Shown piece after piece: positions 59,122 to 64,000 of a DNA stretch of 64,000 nt (position 1 is the stretch's first letter; each line of letters begins with the position of its first letter). This DNA is from Entomortierella parvispora E1425 (Eukaryota; Fungi; Mortierellomycota): the NCBI GenBank assembly GCA_020891255.1, contig BQFW01000005.1, positions 620,001 through 684,000 on the forward strand. The letters run 5' to 3'. A model generated the notes under the pieces. That model ran no database searches, was not told the origin of the DNA, and saw only the letters and a program-made list of their open reading frames with translations. The translations under genes and the position numbers were made by a program.

Positions 59122-59973
59122 GACTTTTACTGGGCTTCACCCCCCGGACCGTCGCCACCACCTCTACAGGTTGATGAAGATGCTGGGGAAAAAAAATGTC
59201 TCTATTCGCGTAATTCATTATGCGTTTTGTAAACGGATCCTCCTCGGAGGACGCTATCACCCTGTACACCTTGTCATTCTTTTTTTTTTCCCTCTCTCTT
59301 TCTTCTCTTCTACTCTCCGTACTGACTGTCACCCTGTACATTTTTTCTTCCTCGCTCCTTGAACTCACTCCCCCTCACCCCCGTTGTAATTTCTCCTCAT
59401 CCTCTGTAATTTTTTTTCCCATTTTATCGTGCATGGGGAGCGATACATCCTGCTCTTTTTTCATTATTATTTTTTTTTTCTTCCTTTCTTCCTTGGAGTC
59501 TTGAGTATCCGGACCGTCTGTTTTTTTTTTGTCTCTTCCTTTTTCTCTCTTTATATACACCAGATGAAGTAGGATTTTGGGGGGGAAAAGGAAACCACCC
59601 TGCCCTTGTCTCCCCTTCCCACTTGGGAAAGGTCTAATGGTTTGGCAGCTCAGTTGGTCTCAGTATTGAGATACCCTTTCTCCCTTCATTCTTTTTTCTA
59701 CTTCGAAATTCGGCCTAGACGAAATTGTGCAATAAAAAAAAAATCCTCTCTTTGCTTTTTACATGGCGGTCCACTTGGCTGTGTCCAAGGAACGGAACAG
59801 GAAGAATGAGAAAATGAGAAAATGAGAAAATGATAATATTTTATTTCTTTTTTTACTTTCGTCGTTTTCATCTCTTCAGCCTTTCGTGGCACGACCACCT
59901 TTCCACCCTGTCTCCCTCTGTATACTCCCATAAAAACTTTTTTCCGCGCCAAGGTATCCTTTTTTTTCTTTGT

Positions 59974-60896
59974 TTAACGAGAAGTCCAGAGACCGGTAGG
60001 GACTTCGTGAGGACGGGTCGTGACCTCGGTTTGGATCATACGGTGGATCGCACAGAGATAGTCCACATAAGACATGGCATCGTTGTTCTTATCCTCCACC
60101 AAGAGGTTCGAGAACTCGAGCTCGGCCTGGTCCTTGCCCTGTCGAACCACAATCAAGTTCAAGTACTTGGCACGCTGCTCCTGCATGTAGTTGGCGATCG
60201 TGCGAACTTGAATGTTCAATGGGCTTTCCAACTCGGGCAAATAACGCTAATAGAAGAAAAGAAAAAAAAAGATGTTAGTTTCACAAGAAATGATACTAGG
60301 CAGACTCAGCAATTGCCTCTAGTTTACCATTTGAGGGTCGACATCATCCAAAGTTGGGACACCAAAGACATCCGACAGGAATTCAGAGGAAATATCTCGT
60401 CCCAACCAGATGTACAAACACTGTCCGTTCTCGAGCATGTAAGCTCCACTGGAGTTCAAACGCGCGTACGAAACACGAATCAATCTTGGGAGACGCACGC
60501 GACCAGTCAAATCCGTGACACCGACCTAAAGAATAAAGATGGGTAAAGGGGGGTGGAAAAGGGTCAGAAACAATCATACACCTAGAGCAAAAAACCGTAA
60601 ATAATGGCGAACCGTCTTTACCTTGGGATCCAACTCGTGAATGGGAGCCATGCGTGGGTAAAAGAAGGCAATCGACTCACTGACACCCATGCCCTTGAGC
60701 ATGCGCATCTGATGTACGCGCAAGTCGCTGTTGATATCTTTGCCACCACGCAATGACTTAGACTTGAGGAGTGTCAAAGCATACAAGGGGAACAACTTGA
60801 AGGATTCGGGAAGAATCAACTAATGGGTTCCGAAGTAAGGGTGTTAGAACCATGGACTTTTTTCTTTTACAAAAGAGCAGCGATGACACTCTTTCC

Positions 60897-60928
<32 letters not shown>

Positions 60929-63900
60929 TTACCTGTCCAGGGGCGGTAGACGATGCACAGTTCTTGCGATAAGCGGACAAAATCTTGACACACTTTTCTG
61001 TCAAGGCGTCGCGCACTTCGTTCAAAGGCTTGCTCAAGGCTTGCGCGATGGCTAATGTATCACAAGTCATAATAGATTGTCAGAATGCTGTAGTGCAAGA
61101 AGGGCACGCGTTGGACCAAATACAAATTGGTTTTGTGGCCAGATGGGGCTTACCTCCTTTGCTCAAAAAGTTGATAGTTGTGTCCATGTCTGCCCATCGG
61201 AAAACATTGCCCAGTAACGTAGTCACGGGTGTACTGAAGTTGTGGACACGCACCCGACGCAAACCGTCCGCGGTCGTGTACAACAACGCGACCTGGAACG
61301 AAGCCTCGGTCTTCTCATCCAACTTGCCATCGTGCTTGACCAACACACCAAAGGCCTTCTCGGAATCCACACCGGCCAACTCCAAATCCGTAGAGTTCTT
61401 CATGTGGAAGTTTCCAAAGTGTTCGGTGATTCTCAGGCCAGCAGAGCATCTTACCCTCATAAGGGCATTGAATCCGAAGGGTCGTCCAACCATCTTGATC
61501 ACATTGCCCTGGAACTTGACTCCGTCTCTGGTGGCGTTGAAGTTGGGGAACATGACAGTTTCTCCGCCAGTAATGGTCGACAGGCATCCCAAAGTGGCCA
61601 CGTCCACGTAGGCATTGGGGAACAAGAACAAATCGATTGAAAGACCAGCATCCACACAGGACTCGGCCAACTTCTTGTAGAAATCGTCCTGAGGGGCATA
61701 GAGAGTCTTTTCCTTGTCTGTGCCATACAGTTTGGAATCATCACGATGCTTCAATGATCCAGGTCCATATGTGGGAAGCGAGGTCTGGAACAACATCAAC
61801 TTTCCGCCGCGATCCTCCAAGGCCATGCGCACTGCTTGGACCACAGCTCCGATAACGGGTTCCGTCGTTTTGTTTTCAGCAAAAATTTGAGGAAGCATCT
61901 CCAAGAGTGTCTCGACGGTAGCCCTATAACAGTGTGAATGCGTTAGTGGCGATAGTCTATTATAATCATCGCGACTATACAAAAGTTCTTGGGACGACAG
62001 CACTTACTTTGAAGAGTCTGGGCTCACAAGGAATCCCTCACTAAGAGGCACAAACATATCATTTACGTCCGACACAACCATCATTTGCGCTTGATCCAAG
62101 CTTGGCTAGAAAACAAAGGTAAAAAAAAGTTGACTAAAAACATTCAAATGATATTCTTGAGCCCATTTTCTTTTGTAGATTAATCCTTACGTGGAGGTTG
62201 TAGAAATGAACGTGCTTGTCATAGGTCATGATACCGATCTGGGCTCCAGGAACCAAACGCGATGCGCCATTGTCATCCCAAATGGCGCTCTTGATGGCCT
62301 GCACGCACTGGCTCAGCATGCCGCTCTGGATCGCGTTCCAAGACACGTCAATCGCGAAAACGTAGGCAGCAGGGGCGGGAGTCTTGTTCCAGTATTCCTT
62401 TGGAACTGCAAACTCAATAGTTCCGTTCCTGAGCTCTGGTCTTTGCTCCAAGTCCAAACGACGACCGTTCATGTCCAAGTTGCAGAAATAGCCGGGCTCG
62501 ATCTCGTTCTCGAAAAGACACATGTTGCAGACAAAGCGCTGTCCACCATTCGTAAAGATCATATAGGGGTTGATGTATGCTTTGCATCGACGGCATCGGG
62601 CTGGACCAGCGTCGCCAAAATCGACAGTCTCGACAGGAGCCTGTTTTTAAAATATAAAAAAAGCAGTGTTATGATCAAGATCAAGGTAACACTTGAGCAA
62701 ACTCACCAGATATGTGGCGGAACTATACCTCTTCTGGACGAAGCTTCGCCAGTGGCTGAATAACAAGTCCCATGGGCATTTGAGCAGTGCTCAAAAGATC
62801 CTCCGTGTTAGGAACGTTGTAAGTGGTCATCCTGAAGAAACGGGGATTACAGTTGCCTGTATTGACGATGGTATTACAAAAGAACAATAGTTAAGATCAC
62901 GTTGGATCCCATACAACTTTTTTGTTTGCATCAGGTCAACATTACCTCCATCGACTGCAATAAAGTCTGAGCTTGCCAAGGGTGTAGCGTGTGTCCTGGA
63001 CGAGGTCACAAAAGGGGTGTCTTCCCACTCTTGCTGGTCAGCCTCCTGCACTGCCACAGGCGATGGGATCTGGTCAGGGTCTATCCTTGACTTTGAGCCG
63101 GGCTGAACTGGTGCCTGAGGTCTGAACTGCTGCTGGGGTTGTTGATGTGGCTGCTGCTGCTGCTGTTGCTGTTGCTGGTGCTGAGGGTACACAGGTGGAA
63201 CCATGGGCTGCTGAGGTTGAGGCTGATGCTGTTGTTGTTGGTATGGAGGAGGAGGAGCCATAGGTTGCTGCTGCTGATGTGGCTGAGGATATCCATTGTT
63301 TGCAACAGGGGCAGGCTGTCCAAAGTTCTGAGATCCGTAGGGCTGCTGCTGTTGCTGCTGCACTGGAGTTTGAGCATCAAATGTGTTCATTCCTGGCAGA
63401 GGAGGCATCATGCCAGCCTGTCCTTGCGAAGGTGGGGGTGCGGATGGGTCAGCGGCGAACACTCGCTTAGCCCTTGCTCCTGTCTTGGCCTTGAACTACA
63501 ATATCATGGGATTGCCCTTTGGTTAGAATCGGGCAGCTAGATCCAACGATATGTCCATCAAGATATTCCATACAATTAATTATCCTCAACATACCTCGGT
63601 TTGCACTGGTGGTCCAGCAGGTGGCATGGCAGAGAAAGTGTTGGGCTGCTGATCTAATCCTCCGTTGGATCCAACATTCATGTTGGACATTTGGTTATAC
63701 AGGCCATTCATATCTCCGCCGTTCTGATGACCTTGTGCCGAAGAAAGGGGTGATGCTGGCTGGGGGGCCTGCTGCTGAAGTGGCTGCTGTTGGTGCTGTT
63801 GGTGCTGTTGGTGCTGCTGCTGCTGATGGTGTGGCTGTGGCTGTGGCTGTGATGAAGGAGGAGCATTATGTCCAAGGGGTGTTGCGGCACGCTGGTAGGA

Positions 63901-64000
63901 AGGCTGCTGGTGTCCGGATGGTTGCCCAGGGGCCGATCCAGGAGCTCCCATAGGCGAAGGAGCCTGGTTGACGTTGACAGGGCGAGGAGAAGGAGCATGC
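59974..64000 (-). CDS. SEC24: COPII cargo adaptor SEC24 (Sec24C/D, Sfb3-like), 5' end outside the window
   Basis: Zinc finger RCRRCKAYINPY...FVCNMC, RPELRNGTIEF, AYVFAIDVS, GFNALMRVRCSAG, ILPESFKLFPLY and AYMLENGQCLYIWLG. The Q/P-rich N-terminal frame stays open to base 64000. Confidence 0.93.

Noticed and set aside
1-64000. CRISPR arrays, rRNA, intact transposons, prophage or biosynthetic gene cluster
   Set aside because: I found no spaced repeat arrays, rRNA motifs, transposase/RT/integrase ORFs or PKS/NRPS domains.

Overview
Gene-dense fungal nuclear DNA with short GT-AG introns, CTAAC branch points and about 50% GC. The gene set and intron style suggest an early-diverging fungus, most likely Mortierellaceae (Mucoromycota); this is inference. 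In order, the window holds: 3' end of DNMT2/TRDMT1, RPN13, a DHX57-like DEAH helicase, a Pumilio/Puf3-type protein, a nine-finger C2H2 protein, an intronless F-box/LRR protein, an Amt/Mep ammonium transporter, a complete 10-exon DMC1, a Pho84-type phosphate transporter, two tandem ~70-aa two-TM paralogues only partly visible in the ORF track, tRNA-Thr(AGT), a divergent B-type cyclin, a GNAT protein, a ~2400-aa secreted protein of about 15 beta-rich repeats, an orphan membrane protein, an orphan low-complexity protein, a canonical cyclin B, CAF40/RCD1 with a ~50-Q tract, and a 5'-truncated SEC24. The three strongest leads are (1) the tandem micro-membrane-protein pair, which resembles a bacterial small-protein family and shares no intron positions, (2) the giant Cys-free repeat protein, and (3) the cyclin with a rewritten substrate-docking patch. 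Splice sites and family assignments were made by eye, and no database search was run.
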